A stretch of 64,000 nt of DNA, from positions 171,437 to 235,436 of the forward strand of contig PHET01000001.1 of the NCBI GenBank assembly GCA_002841275.1. The letters run 5' to 3'. Under the pieces are notes generated by a model. It ran no database searches, had not been told where the DNA came from, and saw only the letters and a list, made by a program, of their open reading frames with translations. Made by a program: the position numbers and the translations under genes. Below, in pieces: positions 1 through 9,270 of this stretch (position 1 is the first letter of the stretch; each line of letters starts with the position of its first letter). This DNA comes from Actinobacteria bacterium HGW-Actinobacteria-7 (GTDB taxonomy: Bacteria > Actinomycetota > Coriobacteriia > Anaerosomatales > PHET01).

Positions 1-163
1 CGAGTTCAAGCGCCTCCCGCTTGACCGCGCATGGCCTGCGGGAGGAACCCCTGCCTGACACCGCATCGGGGCGCGTGTACACCCCTACAATTTGGTGCTC
101 CTGAGCCAGCGCCCGGAGCGAAGGCACCGCGAACTCTGGGGTGCCCATGAATACAACGCGCAT
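1..163 (-). CDS. fmt: methionyl-tRNA formyltransferase, 5' part only; the gene continues past the window start
   Basis: Minus-strand translation from the ATG at 163 gives [33 protein letters not shown], a typical Fmt N-terminus. GGAGG sits 8 nt upstream. It lies directly downstream of def in the usual def-fmt order. The listed 6..284 ORF is in a different frame and is junk. Confidence 0.6.
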   Translation of the reverse strand, partial: MRVVFMGTPEFAVPSLRALAQEHQIVGVYTRPDAVSGRGSSRRPCAVKREALEL

Positions 164-189
164 GTTGGCACCTCCGGAGTGTGACCGAA

Positions 190-711
190 TCAGATGCTCG
201 TTTCGCCGGGCAAAGCGCCCGCGTCCACGGCCTCGCGGTACCGCCGAAGGGCGTCCTTTCGATCCTGACCCTCCACGCGATCAATGATGAGCATCCCGTT
301 CAAATGGTCGATCTCGTGCTGCAGAAGCCTAGCAAGAAGCCCGTCGGCCTCGATCGTCACCTTGGTGCCGTCCAGGCTCAACGCCTCACACGTCACCTCA
401 CAAGCACGCTCGATCGCCACGCTGATGCCGGGCACAGACAAGCAGCCCTCGTCATCGATCTCACACTCACCGCTCCGCTCAACGATTGCGGGATTGCACA
501 GAGCAACCAACCCCGAGCCATCGTCGCTGAGGTCGTAGACGATGACACGCTTGAGAACTCCGATCTGCGTCGCCGCCAGCCCGATTCCTGAGAATTGGTA
601 CATGACCCGCGCCATTCTCCGTGCAAGATCACGCAAGGTCTCATCGGCTGCGGGATCCACTTCGGCGGCATCCTGCGCAAGAGCGGGGTTGGGATGAGCA
701 AGGACGTCCAT
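190..711 (-). CDS. def: peptide deformylase
   Basis: Motifs [18 protein letters not shown] and HEIDHLNG are present. The start was chosen at the internal Met ([11 protein letters not shown]...), giving about 173 aa. Confidence 0.85.
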   Translation of the reverse strand: MDVLAHPNPALAQDAAEVDPAADETLRDLARRMARVMYQFSGIGLAATQIGVLKRVIVYDLSDDGSGLVALCNPAIVERSGECEIDDEGCLSVPGISVAIERACEVTCEALSLDGTKVTIEADGLLARLLQHEIDHLNGMLIIDRVEGQDRKDALRRYREAVDAGALPGETSI

Positions 712-808
712 CAGCACTCTCTTCCACAGTCGGCAAGATATCTGTATTGCGCGGCCTCGGTGGAGCCACACGGACCACCCATCATACCAGCCTCAGCCCG
801 CACGGTGC

Positions 809-3049
809 TCAGAGAAGATCCACGGGATCCACGTCAGCGGCGGAAATCACAGTTGGTATCTTCCCTGCACGGCGGAGCGCTTCACCAACTGGGCCAGAAA
901 CCGCTGCCCCTTCAGGCGCCTTGACGAGCACGTGCCAACGGAAGACGCCTTTGACCCGCGCAATGGCGCACGGACTCGGCCCGAGGATCTTCCAGCTCGC
1001 AGGCAGTGTCTCTTGTAGCGCCGATGCAATCTTCTCGGCACCACCGGCCACCGATGCGTTCTCTCGCCCACGCACCAAGACGTTTACCAAGCGTCCATAC
1101 GGCGGGTATCCAAGGGCCTCGCGCGCGGATGACTCTTCAGCGTAGAAGTGCGTGGGGTCGTGGGTCTCAACCGCACGGATGGCGGGGTGATCGGGCCAGT
1201 AGGTCTGGATGATGACCTCACCCTCTCGCTCCCCCCTTCCCGCACGACCTGCGACCTGCTCGAGCAGTTGATACGTGCGTTCCGCGGCACGGAAGTCCGG
1301 AATGTTCAGGGTGACATCCGCCGAGATGACGCCGACAAGCGTCACCTCGGGGTAGTCGAGCCCCTTGGCAATCATCTGTGTCCCCAGCAAGACACCGCTT
1401 TCCAGAGCCTCGAATGCCGCGAGCAACCGTTCGTGTGCACCCTTGCCCTGGGTCGTATCCGCGTCCATACGCACGATAGGCCAGTCCTCGACGACCGAAC
1501 GGAGCTCATTCTCAACACGCTGGGTGCCCGCGCCGAACTGGCGAAGGTAGGGACTCGAGCAGCGAGGGCATCGTGCGGGGATCGGCCGGGTCGAACCGCA
1601 GTGGTGGCACATCAGCCGTGAACCCACCTCGTGGTAGGTCAACGAGGTCGAGCACGAATCGCAACTGGGAACGAACCCACACTCACGGCAAAGGAGGAAT
1701 GAGGCGAAACCCCTGCGATTGAGCAGGAGTACCGCCTTGCTGCCCGCATCTCGCGTCCGCATCAACGCCTCTGTCAGGGCTCGCGAGAACATCGACCTAT
1801 GGCCACCCGCGAACTCCGCGCCCATATCCACGATGTGCACGGGCGGCAATGAACGTGCGGTGACTCGCTCAGGCATGGCGACTCGTATCCAACGACCCTG
1901 CTCACAGTTGTGCAGACTCTCCATGCTCGGAGTCGCGCTTCCCAGCACAAGAGCAGCGCCGTGGATCTGGGCAAGCTGCGTCGCGACATCTCGCGCGTGG
2001 TAACGCGGAGCGGAACCCTGCTTGTAAGAGAACTCATGTTCCTCGTCTATGACGATGAGCTTCAACGCGCGCAACGGAGCGAACAACGCTGAGCGCGCGC
2101 CGACAACGATGCGTGCCGCACCCGAACGGATGGAGTCCCATTGGTCGTAACGTTCGCCCGCTGAGAGGCGTGAGTGGAGTACGGCGATGTCGTCTCCGAA
2201 CCGGGTTCTGAATCTGCCGACCGTCTGAGGGGTCAAGGATATCTCGGGCACAAGGACACATGCTGTGCCGCCCAGTTCGAGCGCTTCCTCAATCGCACGC
2301 AGGTACACTTCCGTCTTCCCCGAACCGGTGACCCCGTCGAGAAGTACGACTCCCCCGCCGCTACGAACCGTCCGGCCGACAACGTCAAGCGCTTCGGCCT
2401 GGCCAGCACTCAACCGCTCATGACGCGGTGCCGGCTTCTCTCTCACCCCCGCGTCTCGCAATCGGCGGCGCCTCTCTACCGTCACAACATGAGCACGCCC
2501 GAGTGTCTTGAGGACCCCGTCGACCGAGCCCAGGTCCGCCGCGAGTTCCGCGACCCTGACCGGCCCGGCCGAGAGCGCATCCAGGACGGCTCTCTGCAGC
2601 GTGGCATTCGCACGTGGCCTGAACTCACTTGCCGCGGGGCCGAGGAAAGCCCACCGGTCGTCGACCGGCCCTACTCCGGCGCGACGCAACACCCACCCCT
2701 CCCCTGCACCGTCGGCGCGCACCGCCTTCGGCGTTCCGCCGGGCGGCGTGAACAGTCGCACCGACTCTGACAGGGGGCTCAGGTATGCCTCAGAGATCCA
2801 GCGAGCCAGAGCGACCGCGACCTCGTCGAAGAACGGCTCGCTCAACACAGCTCGTACCGGCTTGAGTGCCGCGTGCTCACTTGTGTCCGAAAGACCGACC
2901 ACGTAGCCAACGACAGGCCGGTTTGAGAAGTCCACCAGAACGCACGAGCCAACCTCGACTGAGCCCAGTCCCTCAGGAATGGCGTAGTCGAAGTGCGTAT
3001 CTATCTCTCTTGCCGGCACGTCTACTACGACGTGAGCCACACGAGCCAC
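809..3049 (-). CDS. priA: primosomal protein N' (PriA helicase)
   Basis: 746 aa. Walker A GSGKT and DEEH box are present, with a Cys-rich zinc-binding region (CRECGFVPSCDSCS...CHHCG). The N-terminus has the FDYAIP motif. Confidence 0.85.
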   Translation of the reverse strand: MARVAHVVVDVPAREIDTHFDYAIPEGLGSVEVGSCVLVDFSNRPVVGYVVGLSDTSEHAALKPVRAVLSEPFFDEVAVALARWISEAYLSPLSESVRLFTPPGGTPKAVRADGAGEGWVLRRAGVGPVDDRWAFLGPAASEFRPRANATLQRAVLDALSAGPVRVAELAADLGSVDGVLKTLGRAHVVTVERRRRLRDAGVREKPAPRHERLSAGQAEALDVVGRTVRSGGGVVLLDGVTGSGKTEVYLRAIEEALELGGTACVLVPEISLTPQTVGRFRTRFGDDIAVLHSRLSAGERYDQWDSIRSGAARIVVGARSALFAPLRALKLIVIDEEHEFSYKQGSAPRYHARDVATQLAQIHGAALVLGSATPSMESLHNCEQGRWIRVAMPERVTARSLPPVHIVDMGAEFAGGHRSMFSRALTEALMRTRDAGSKAVLLLNRRGFASFLLCRECGFVPSCDSCSTSLTYHEVGSRLMCHHCGSTRPIPARCPRCSSPYLRQFGAGTQRVENELRSVVEDWPIVRMDADTTQGKGAHERLLAAFEALESGVLLGTQMIAKGLDYPEVTLVGVISADVTLNIPDFRAAERTYQLLEQVAGRAGRGEREGEVIIQTYWPDHPAIRAVETHDPTHFYAEESSAREALGYPPYGRLVNVLVRGRENASVAGGAEKIASALQETLPASWKILGPSPCAIARVKGVFRWHVLVKAPEGAAVSGPVGEALRRAGKIPTVISAADVDPVDLL

Positions 3050-3151
3050 TGCAATCCTCTCGGCGAAGTACTCACTGCTTTGCCCAGCATAGCGAAGACC
3101 GCCGACATCGCGTGCGACACCGACGGCCTTCGAGAGATCAGCGGTTCTCGG

Positions 3152-4390
3152 CTAAAGCTCTCTACCGGCAGCGCGAGCAAGCTGCTCTGCCCGCTCCGTG
3201 CACTCCCACGTGAAGTCCTTATCCGACCGTCCGAAGTGCCCGTAGGCGGCGGTCTTGCGGTAAATCGGTCGACGCAGGTCCAAGTCACGGATGATCGCGC
3301 CGGGGCGAAGATCGAACACCTCGCCGATCGCTGTCTCGATCTGGGTGACCGGAACCTTCTCGGTACCGAAGGTCTCAACGAAGACCGAGAGCGGATGAGC
3401 GACGCCGATGGCGTAGGCCAGCTCAATCTCGCACCGATCCGCCAGCCCGGCAGCTACGACGTTCTTCGCGACCCACCGCGCCGCGTATGCGGCTGAACGG
3501 TCAACCTTGGTGCAGTCTTTGCCCGAGAAGGCGCCACCTCCGTGTCGGCCCATTCCGCCGTAGGTGTCGACGATGATCTTGCGGCCGGTGAGGCCTGTGT
3601 CGCCCATGGGGCCACCGATGACGAAACGGCCTGTAGGGTTGATGTAGATCGTAGCGTCTGTGTAGTCCATCCCCTCGAGGTCGAACACGGGCTTGATCAC
3701 GTGCTCGATGAGGTCCGGACGGAGCAGCTCCTCGATGTCGACACCGTCAGCATGCTGCGTCGAGATCAGAATAGTCTCCACCGCGACCGGCTTGTCATCG
3801 ACGTAGCGTACCGACACCTGCGTCTTGCCGTCCGGACGCAAGTATTCCAGCACACCGGCCTTGCGCACCGCAGTCAGGCGCTCGGCAAGGCGATGTGCGA
3901 GGTAGATAGGCATGGGCATCAGATGTGGTGTCTCGTTGCACGCGTACCCGAACATCATGCCCTGGTCCCCGGCACCGATGAGGTCGATGGGGTCTACGTC
4001 ACTACCGTGCTGGACCTCGAAGCTCTCATCCACACCCATGGCGATGTCTGAGCTCTGCTCGTGAATCGTAGTGATCACGCCGCACGTCTCGAAGTCGAAT
4101 CCGTACTTCGCCCGGGTGTACCCGATGTCCTCGATGACGCCGCGCACAACGGCCGGCACATCGATGTAGGCCTTGGTTCGAATCTCGCCACTCACAACAA
4201 CCAGCCCCGTTGTGATCAGCGTCTCGCATGCGACACGTGCCGACGCAACGTCTCCACGTCCTTCGGCCTCGAGCTCAAGTTCTCGGGCAAGAATCGCATC
4301 GAGAATGGCATCTGATATCTGGTCGCACATCTTGTCAGGATGGCCCTCGGTGACCGACTCTGACGTGAAGAGATATGAGCGCTCGGACAT
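3152..4390 (-). CDS. metK: S-adenosylmethionine synthetase
   Basis: 412 aa, with [17 protein letters not shown] and GGGAFSGKD motifs. A GGAGGG ribosome-binding site precedes the start. Confidence 0.95.
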   Translation of the reverse strand: MSERSYLFTSESVTEGHPDKMCDQISDAILDAILARELELEAEGRGDVASARVACETLITTGLVVVSGEIRTKAYIDVPAVVRGVIEDIGYTRAKYGFDFETCGVITTIHEQSSDIAMGVDESFEVQHGSDVDPIDLIGAGDQGMMFGYACNETPHLMPMPIYLAHRLAERLTAVRKAGVLEYLRPDGKTQVSVRYVDDKPVAVETILISTQHADGVDIEELLRPDLIEHVIKPVFDLEGMDYTDATIYINPTGRFVIGGPMGDTGLTGRKIIVDTYGGMGRHGGGAFSGKDCTKVDRSAAYAARWVAKNVVAAGLADRCEIELAYAIGVAHPLSVFVETFGTEKVPVTQIETAIGEVFDLRPGAIIRDLDLRRPIYRKTAAYGHFGRSDKDFTWECTERAEQLARAAGREL

Positions 4391-4440
4391 GTACCCTCCT
4401 TCTGGCGACCCCCGGTGGGGTCACGCATCCGTAAGCGGGG

Positions 4441-4478
4441 CAACAAAAAGGCCCCCGCCTGGTCAGACAGGGGCTTCA
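4441..4478 (-). terminator. intrinsic terminator, expression platform of the metK SAM riboswitch
   Basis: On the minus strand a GC-rich hairpin (GCCCCUG...CAGGCGGGGGC) is followed by CUUUUUGUUG. It lies between the aptamer and the metK start. Confidence 0.6.
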
Positions 4479-4514
4479 CCTCGCGAGCGTTACCGAATGC
4501 GCGCGAAAGCAATT

Positions 4515-4645
4515 CCCTCATCTTCCAGGCACGTTCGCCTGCCGAGAAGTGGCACCGTTCGCGGGGAAGTTCAGCGTCGGTTGCCGGGGCGTCTACGGGC
4601 TCGGTCCCTCGACCCTCTGCAGCCTCTCGGCTGCCTCTTGATGAG
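4515..4645 (-). ncRNA. SAM-I (S-box) riboswitch aptamer in the metK 5' leader
   Basis: The minus-strand RNA reads CUCAUCAAGAGG...AGAGGGUCGAGGGACCGAGCCCG...CCCCGGCAACC...GGUGCCACUUC...GGCAG..GAACGU...GGAAGAUGAGGG. The P1 strands (CUCAUC/GAUGAG) and the conserved GAGGGA, GCCCG, CCCGGCAACC and GGUGCCA.UUC cores match the SAM-I consensus. Confidence 0.8.
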
Positions 4646-4738
4646 CGGAGCAAGTGTACTCCGTACGGGTGCTGTAGCAAAGTACCTGCCGAGGTTCTCG
4701 GGTACGATGTGATGCAGTACACACATCGAGGAGGAACA

Positions 4739-5155
4739 ATGTCGCGTTTCCTGAAGATCCTGAGCTACGCGGTGGTTGGCATCGAGGTACTCGTGTCGGT
4801 AGCGCTGGTGGCACTCGCAGTGGGCATCATCTTCTCGCTCGGCAACGAGATGCTCCACGCGGCTCTCACGGGCGGATTCGCCGGCTCCGCCAACTTCAAC
4901 CACATAGTCGACCTCATTCTGGAGGTCTTCATCCTGGTCGAGCTGTTCCGCATCGCTGTCGCCTACATGAAGCACGAGAATGTGATCCCCACCGTGCTCG
5001 AAGCAGCCCTGGTCGCGGTTGCACGGAAGTTCGTAGTCTTCGAGGGTGTGGCCAACTACTTCAGCACAGCCGTGGGAATGGCCGCCCTGTTGCTCGCGGT
5101 GGCAGCTTCCTGGTGGATGCTCGCACGATCCAACGCTTGCGAACTGCACGAGTGA
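4739..5155 (+). CDS. PsiE-like (phosphate-starvation-inducible E family) small membrane protein
   Basis: 138 aa with four predicted TM segments. GGAGG lies 7 nt upstream of the ATG at 4739. The listed 4415..5155 ORF N-terminus is spurious because it overlaps the riboswitch on the other strand. Confidence 0.6.
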   Translation: MSRFLKILSYAVVGIEVLVSVALVALAVGIIFSLGNEMLHAALTGGFAGSANFNHIVDLILEVFILVELFRIAVAYMKHENVIPTVLEAALVAVARKFVVFEGVANYFSTAVGMAALLLAVAASWWMLARSNACELHE

Positions 5156-5211
5156 GTCTCACGCGTTACCATGTCACCCACGCCTGATCGACCATCAAAG
5201 GAGTCCTGACA

Positions 5212-6669
5212 GTGACCGTTCGTGTTCGCTTCGCCCCTTCACCCACTGGGCACCTGCACATCGGGGGCGCTCGCACCGCCATCTATAACTGGGCATTCGC
5301 ACGTCACCACGGTGGCGCCTTCGTGCTTCGCATAGACGACACCGACCTCGAGCGCTCAACCGACGAGAACACCGCGGCGATCCTGCGCTCACTTCGCTGG
5401 CTTGGTCTCGACTGGGACGAAGGCCCTGAGGCTGGCGGAGATTTCGGACCGTACTACCAGACGCAACGCACCGGTACCTACGAGCCGGCACTCGAGCGTA
5501 TGAAAGCAAACGGACACGCCTACCCCTGCTTCTGCACCGCCGAGACGCTCGAGACCAAGCGTGAGGCGTCGCGAGCTGAGGGTGGCTTCTCGGGATACGA
5601 CAGAACCTGTCGCAATCTCGATCCGTCCACCGTTGCCGCGCGGATCGCAGCGGGAGAGCCCCACGTGTGGCGAGTAGCGGTTCCGGACGATCGTGGCGAC
5701 ATCGTGATAGACGATCTCGTCCGCGGCGAGACCCGCTTCCCCATCGATGCCATGGACGACTTCATCCTCGTTCGCACCGACGGCAGCGCGACATACAACT
5801 TCGCGACAGTCGTCGATGACTGGACGATGGCGATGACCCACATCATCCGTGGAGACGACCACCTCTCAAACACCCCGAGGCAGGTCGTGGTCTACGAGGC
5901 ACTCGGCGCCGAAGTGCCCACTTTCGCCCACATGAGCATGATCTTCGGAGCAGACGGCAAGCGCCTGTCAAAGCGCCACGGGGCCACGTCGGTCGAAGCC
6001 TACGCCGAGGAGGGCTTCCTGCCCGAGGCCGTCCTCAACTACCTCGCACTTCTGGGCTGGTCTCTCGATGGCGAGACCACTTTGTTCGACCGCGAGACGC
6101 TTGTCCGCGAATTCGACCTCTCCCGTGTCTCCAAGAGCCCGGCTGTGTGGGATCCCGAGAAGCTCGAATGGATGAACGGCTCCTATATACGTGAGATGTC
6201 CACAGACAAGTTCGTAGACACCATGACGCCGTGGCTCGAGCGTGCCGGGTTCGCTACGGCGGCTGACGTTGCCGCCCGCCGCGACTGGTTTCTCTCACTT
6301 GCCCCACTCATCTCCGAGCGCGTAAAGCGTTTCGACGAGGTCGCCGATAAGGTGGCGTTTCTCTTCGAGGAGCCGACGATCGAGGACTCCGTGCGCGTGA
6401 AGATACTCGAGAAGGACGGTGCAGCCAGAGCTCTCGAGGCCGCAGCTGAGGTGCTCGCCACAGTGGAATTTCACGCCGAGGAGATCGAAGCGGCCCTCAG
6501 AACGGTACCCGAGGCCACTGGGGTCAAGCCCAAAGACGCGTTCCAGGCAATCCGAGTGGCAGCTACCGGCACCACGGTGTCGCCCCCGCTCTTCGAATCG
6601 CTCGAGCTACTCGGCAAGGAGCGGACGTTGGCGCGAATGGCAGCCGCCTTGGAGCTGGTCACGACGTAG
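5212..6669 (+). CDS. gltX: glutamyl-tRNA synthetase
   Basis: 485 aa. Class I HIGH motif (PSPTGHLHIGGART) and a KMSKS-like LSKRHG are present. Confidence 0.95.
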   Translation: MTVRVRFAPSPTGHLHIGGARTAIYNWAFARHHGGAFVLRIDDTDLERSTDENTAAILRSLRWLGLDWDEGPEAGGDFGPYYQTQRTGTYEPALERMKANGHAYPCFCTAETLETKREASRAEGGFSGYDRTCRNLDPSTVAARIAAGEPHVWRVAVPDDRGDIVIDDLVRGETRFPIDAMDDFILVRTDGSATYNFATVVDDWTMAMTHIIRGDDHLSNTPRQVVVYEALGAEVPTFAHMSMIFGADGKRLSKRHGATSVEAYAEEGFLPEAVLNYLALLGWSLDGETTLFDRETLVREFDLSRVSKSPAVWDPEKLEWMNGSYIREMSTDKFVDTMTPWLERAGFATAADVAARRDWFLSLAPLISERVKRFDEVADKVAFLFEEPTIEDSVRVKILEKDGAARALEAAAEVLATVEFHAEEIEAALRTVPEATGVKPKDAFQAIRVAATGTTVSPPLFESLELLGKERTLARMAAALELVTT

Positions 6670-6681
6670 CAGCTGGTCGGG

Positions 6682-6710
6682 TTGACACCCGCAGTGACCG
6701 TAGGTAGGAT
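6682..6710 (+). promoter_or_regulatory. sigma70-type promoter for the tRNA-Gln/tRNA-Glu (and possibly glnS) transcript
   Basis: TTGACA, then a 17-nt spacer, then TAGGAT, about 35 nt upstream of tRNA-Gln. Confidence 0.5.
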
Positions 6711-6744
6711 ACCGTCTCGCGCCGTGAGCAGCGCAATGATGTAC

Positions 6745-6820
6745 AGGGGTATGGTGTAACTGGCAACACGCCGGATTCTGGTTCCGGAGAGTCTAGGTTC
6801 GAGCCCTAGTACCCCTGCCA
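6745..6820 (+). tRNA. tRNA-Gln (anticodon CUG)
   Basis: A cloverleaf with acceptor AGGGGUA/UACCCCU, an anticodon loop with CUG (CCGGAUUCUGGUUCCGG), a T-loop GGUUCGAGCC and an encoded CCA. Confidence 0.85.
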
Positions 6821-6824
6821 GCAC

Positions 6825-6900
6825 GGCCCGTTCGTCTAGCGGTTAGGACACCGCCCTCTCAAGGCGGAGATCACGGGTTCGAATCCCGTACGGGCTACCA
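6825..6900 (+). tRNA. tRNA-Glu (anticodon CUC)
   Basis: GUCUAGCGGUUAGGACACCGCCCUCUCAAGGCGG...GGUUCGAAUCCCGU..CCA, a typical tRNA-Glu D-loop, with anticodon loop CUCUCAA. Confidence 0.85.
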
Positions 6901-6910
6901 GATACACGAA

Positions 6911-6946
6911 CCCCCCTCCGAGACATGCGGAGGGGGGTTTTCTGTT
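6911..6946 (+). terminator. rho-independent terminator after the tRNA pair
   Basis: CCCCCCUCCG-agacatg-CGGAGGGGGG followed by UUUUCUGUUGUU. Confidence 0.8.
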
Positions 6947-6964
6947 GTTCGCCGAGCGGCGCAG

Positions 6965-8737
6965 GTGTTCGAGAAGGCGAATTCGCAGCACACCAGACCA
7001 GCCCAAACAGTGCTTCCTATGCTATCCTCGGCGACTATGAACACACAGACACCATCCTCACCAGAACGCGTCGACTTCATCCGCGAAATCGTTGCTGCCG
7101 ATCTGCGCGACGGCCGGTGCCAGTCGGTGGTCACGCGCTTCCCGCCCGAGCCCAACGGCTACCTCCATATCGGGCACGCGAAGTCGATCTGTCTCAACTT
7201 CGGAGTCGCGCAGGAGTTTGGCGGTCGCTGCAATCTACGCCTCGACGACACCAACCCGGTCAAGGAAGAACAGGAGTACGTCGACTCCATCATGACCGAC
7301 GTGCGATGGCTCGGATTCGACTGGGGCGAGCACCTGTATTTCGCCTCGGACTACTTCGAGCAGCTCTACGAATGGGCTGTGGATCTAATCGAGACCGGCA
7401 AGGCCTATGTTGATGATCTTTCAGCGGACGAGATTCGCGAATACCGCGGGACGCTCACCGAGCCCGGCAAGCCCAGCCCGTGGCGCGACCGACCGGTCGA
7501 AGAGAGCCTCGACCTGTTTGCCCGCATGCGCGCAGGCGAGTTCCCCAACGGCGCACGCGTGTTGCGCGCCAAGATCGACATGGCTGCGCCCAACATCAAC
7601 CTGCGCGACCCGATTATGTACAGAATCGTCCATGCACAGCACCCGCGTACCGGTGACGCCTGGTGCGTCTACCCTATCTATGACTTCGCGCACGGTCAGT
7701 CCGACGCAATTGAAGGCATCACTCACTCCATCTGCACGCTCGAGTTCCAGGACCACCGCCCGCTTTACGACTGGTACGTGGACAATCTACCGGTGCCCTC
7801 ACATCCCCACCAATACGAATTCGCGCGGCTGAACCTTACCCACACCGTTCTGTCGAAACGCACACTCTTGCGTCTCGTGAATGAGGAGCACGTGCGTGGG
7901 TGGGATGATCCCAGGATGCCCACTCTCTCAGGCCTCCGTCGGCGCGGCTTTCCCGCCGAGGGAATCCGCGACTTCGTCACGATGATCGGGGTCGCCAAGG
8001 CGGACTCGGTGGTCGAGGTCGAGATGTTCGAGCACGCAGTGCGCACCGTACTCAACCGTACATCACTTCGCCGCTTCGCCGTCCTCGACCCCCTCAAGGT
8101 CGTTATCGAGAACTATCCCGAGGGACTGACAGAGGAGATGGAGGTGCTCAATAATCCAGAGGACCTCTCGGCAGGTAGCCGCAGCGTGCCGTTTGCGCGA
8201 GAGTTGTGGATCGAGCGCGACGACTTCATGGAAGATCCCCCCAAGAAGTTCTTCCGACTGGCACCAGGGCGCGAAGTGCGACTCCGTTCTGCGTACTTCG
8301 TGACGTGTCACGAGGTCGTCAAGGACGCGGACGGCAAGGTCGTTGAGTTGCGCTGTACCTACGATCCAGATACACGCGGCGGTTCCGCTCCCGACGGACG
8401 ACGTCCCAAGGCGACACTCCACTGGGTATCGGCGGAACACGCGGTCGCGGCTGAGGTCAGACTGTACGAGCATCTCTTCAACAGCCCGTTTCCCGGCACC
8501 GACGGCCGCGACCTCTTCGAGGACTTGAATCCCGATTCCGAGACCGTGCTTCGCGGCTGTTTCGTTGAACCCGCCCTCGCCGATGCGCCTATTGGCGAGA
8601 CCGTGCAGTTCGAGCGTCTCGGCTACTTCGCTGCGGACCAAGACTCGGCGTCCGGGGCGCTCGTGTTCAACCGAACACTCACGCTCAAGGACAGTTGGGC
8701 CAAACTGCAGGCGCAGGGTCGGCACGATACGGCCTGA
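6965..8737 (+). CDS. glnS: glutaminyl-tRNA synthetase; the start is uncertain (GTG at 6965 or ATG at 7037)
   Basis: 590 aa. Class I GlnRS signature ([23 protein letters not shown]) is present. The C-terminal anticodon-binding domain is typical of GlnRS rather than GluRS. Confidence 0.9.
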   Translation: MFEKANSQHTRPAQTVLPMLSSATMNTQTPSSPERVDFIREIVAADLRDGRCQSVVTRFPPEPNGYLHIGHAKSICLNFGVAQEFGGRCNLRLDDTNPVKEEQEYVDSIMTDVRWLGFDWGEHLYFASDYFEQLYEWAVDLIETGKAYVDDLSADEIREYRGTLTEPGKPSPWRDRPVEESLDLFARMRAGEFPNGARVLRAKIDMAAPNINLRDPIMYRIVHAQHPRTGDAWCVYPIYDFAHGQSDAIEGITHSICTLEFQDHRPLYDWYVDNLPVPSHPHQYEFARLNLTHTVLSKRTLLRLVNEEHVRGWDDPRMPTLSGLRRRGFPAEGIRDFVTMIGVAKADSVVEVEMFEHAVRTVLNRTSLRRFAVLDPLKVVIENYPEGLTEEMEVLNNPEDLSAGSRSVPFARELWIERDDFMEDPPKKFFRLAPGREVRLRSAYFVTCHEVVKDADGKVVELRCTYDPDTRGGSAPDGRRPKATLHWVSAEHAVAAEVRLYEHLFNSPFPGTDGRDLFEDLNPDSETVLRGCFVEPALADAPIGETVQFERLGYFAADQDSASGALVFNRTLTLKDSWAKLQAQGRHDTA

Positions 8738-8849
8738 CCCTTGGACGACCTACACCCAGTCCTGCCACTTGGTCGGGTAATGGGTACTCCGCGCCACACC
8801 AGACGCGTGCCGCGCCGAGGAGTCCCCTTCGTCGGCTGCTACAATAGGC

Positions 8850-9200
8850 GACGGAGTGAGCTGGACGGCCGCGCGGTCCTCTTGGGGCCGTGAGGAAAGT
8901 CGGGGCTCCGCAGGGCAGAGTGCCTGCTAACGGCAGGGCGCGGCGACGCGACGGAAAGTGCCACAGAAAAGAAAACCCCCCGGGAGCGATCTTCGGAGGA
9001 AAGCTGAAACGGTGCGGTAAGAGCGCACCAGCGTCACGGCAACGTGGCGGCTTGGCAAACCCCACTCGGAGCAAGGGCGAATAGGAGCGGCATAGGCTTG
9101 CCCGGCCTTCGCTCGGGTACGCCCGCTTGAGGCCGGTGGCGACATCGGTCCCAGATAAATGGTCGTCCACGACAGAACCCCGCTTACAGGCTCACTCCAC
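8850..9200 (+). ncRNA. rnpB: RNase P RNA, bacterial type A
   Basis: Conserved blocks GAGGAAAGUCGGGGCUCC, ACAGAAAAGAAAACC, AAACGGUGCGGUAAGAGCGCACCAG and GGCAAACCCCACUCGGAGCAAGG are present, with ACAGAACCCCGCUUACAGGCUCACUCC near the 3' end. The 5' GGAGUGAGC pairs with the 3' GCUCACUCC to form P1. A TACAAT -10 lies just upstream. Ends are approximate to within 5 nt. Confidence 0.85.
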
Positions 9201-9270
9201 CCGCAAGTGCGACACGGCCGGCCCGATCAACCTGGGCCGGCCGTGTGTGTTACTCCGAAATCTGTACGAG

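Noticed and set aside
6-284. 92-aa minus-strand ORF at the window start
   Set aside because: It is in the wrong frame. The Fmt N-terminus ([15 protein letters not shown]...) is in another minus-strand frame, starting at 163.
4415-4738. N-terminal 108 codons of the listed 246-aa plus-strand ORF (4415..5155)
   Set aside because: This part is antisense to the metK SAM-I riboswitch and terminator and has no RBS. The real gene starts at the ATG at 4739, with GGAGG upstream. I briefly considered the plus-strand 'ctcttgatgag' as an S-box for the PsiE-like gene, but the full aptamer is only coherent on the minus strand.
8685-9170. 161-aa minus-strand ORF and several 60-125-aa ORFs across 8850-9500
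   Set aside because: They overlap the RNase P RNA gene and its flanks. They are Arg/Pro/Gly-rich junk typical of high-GC antisense frames.
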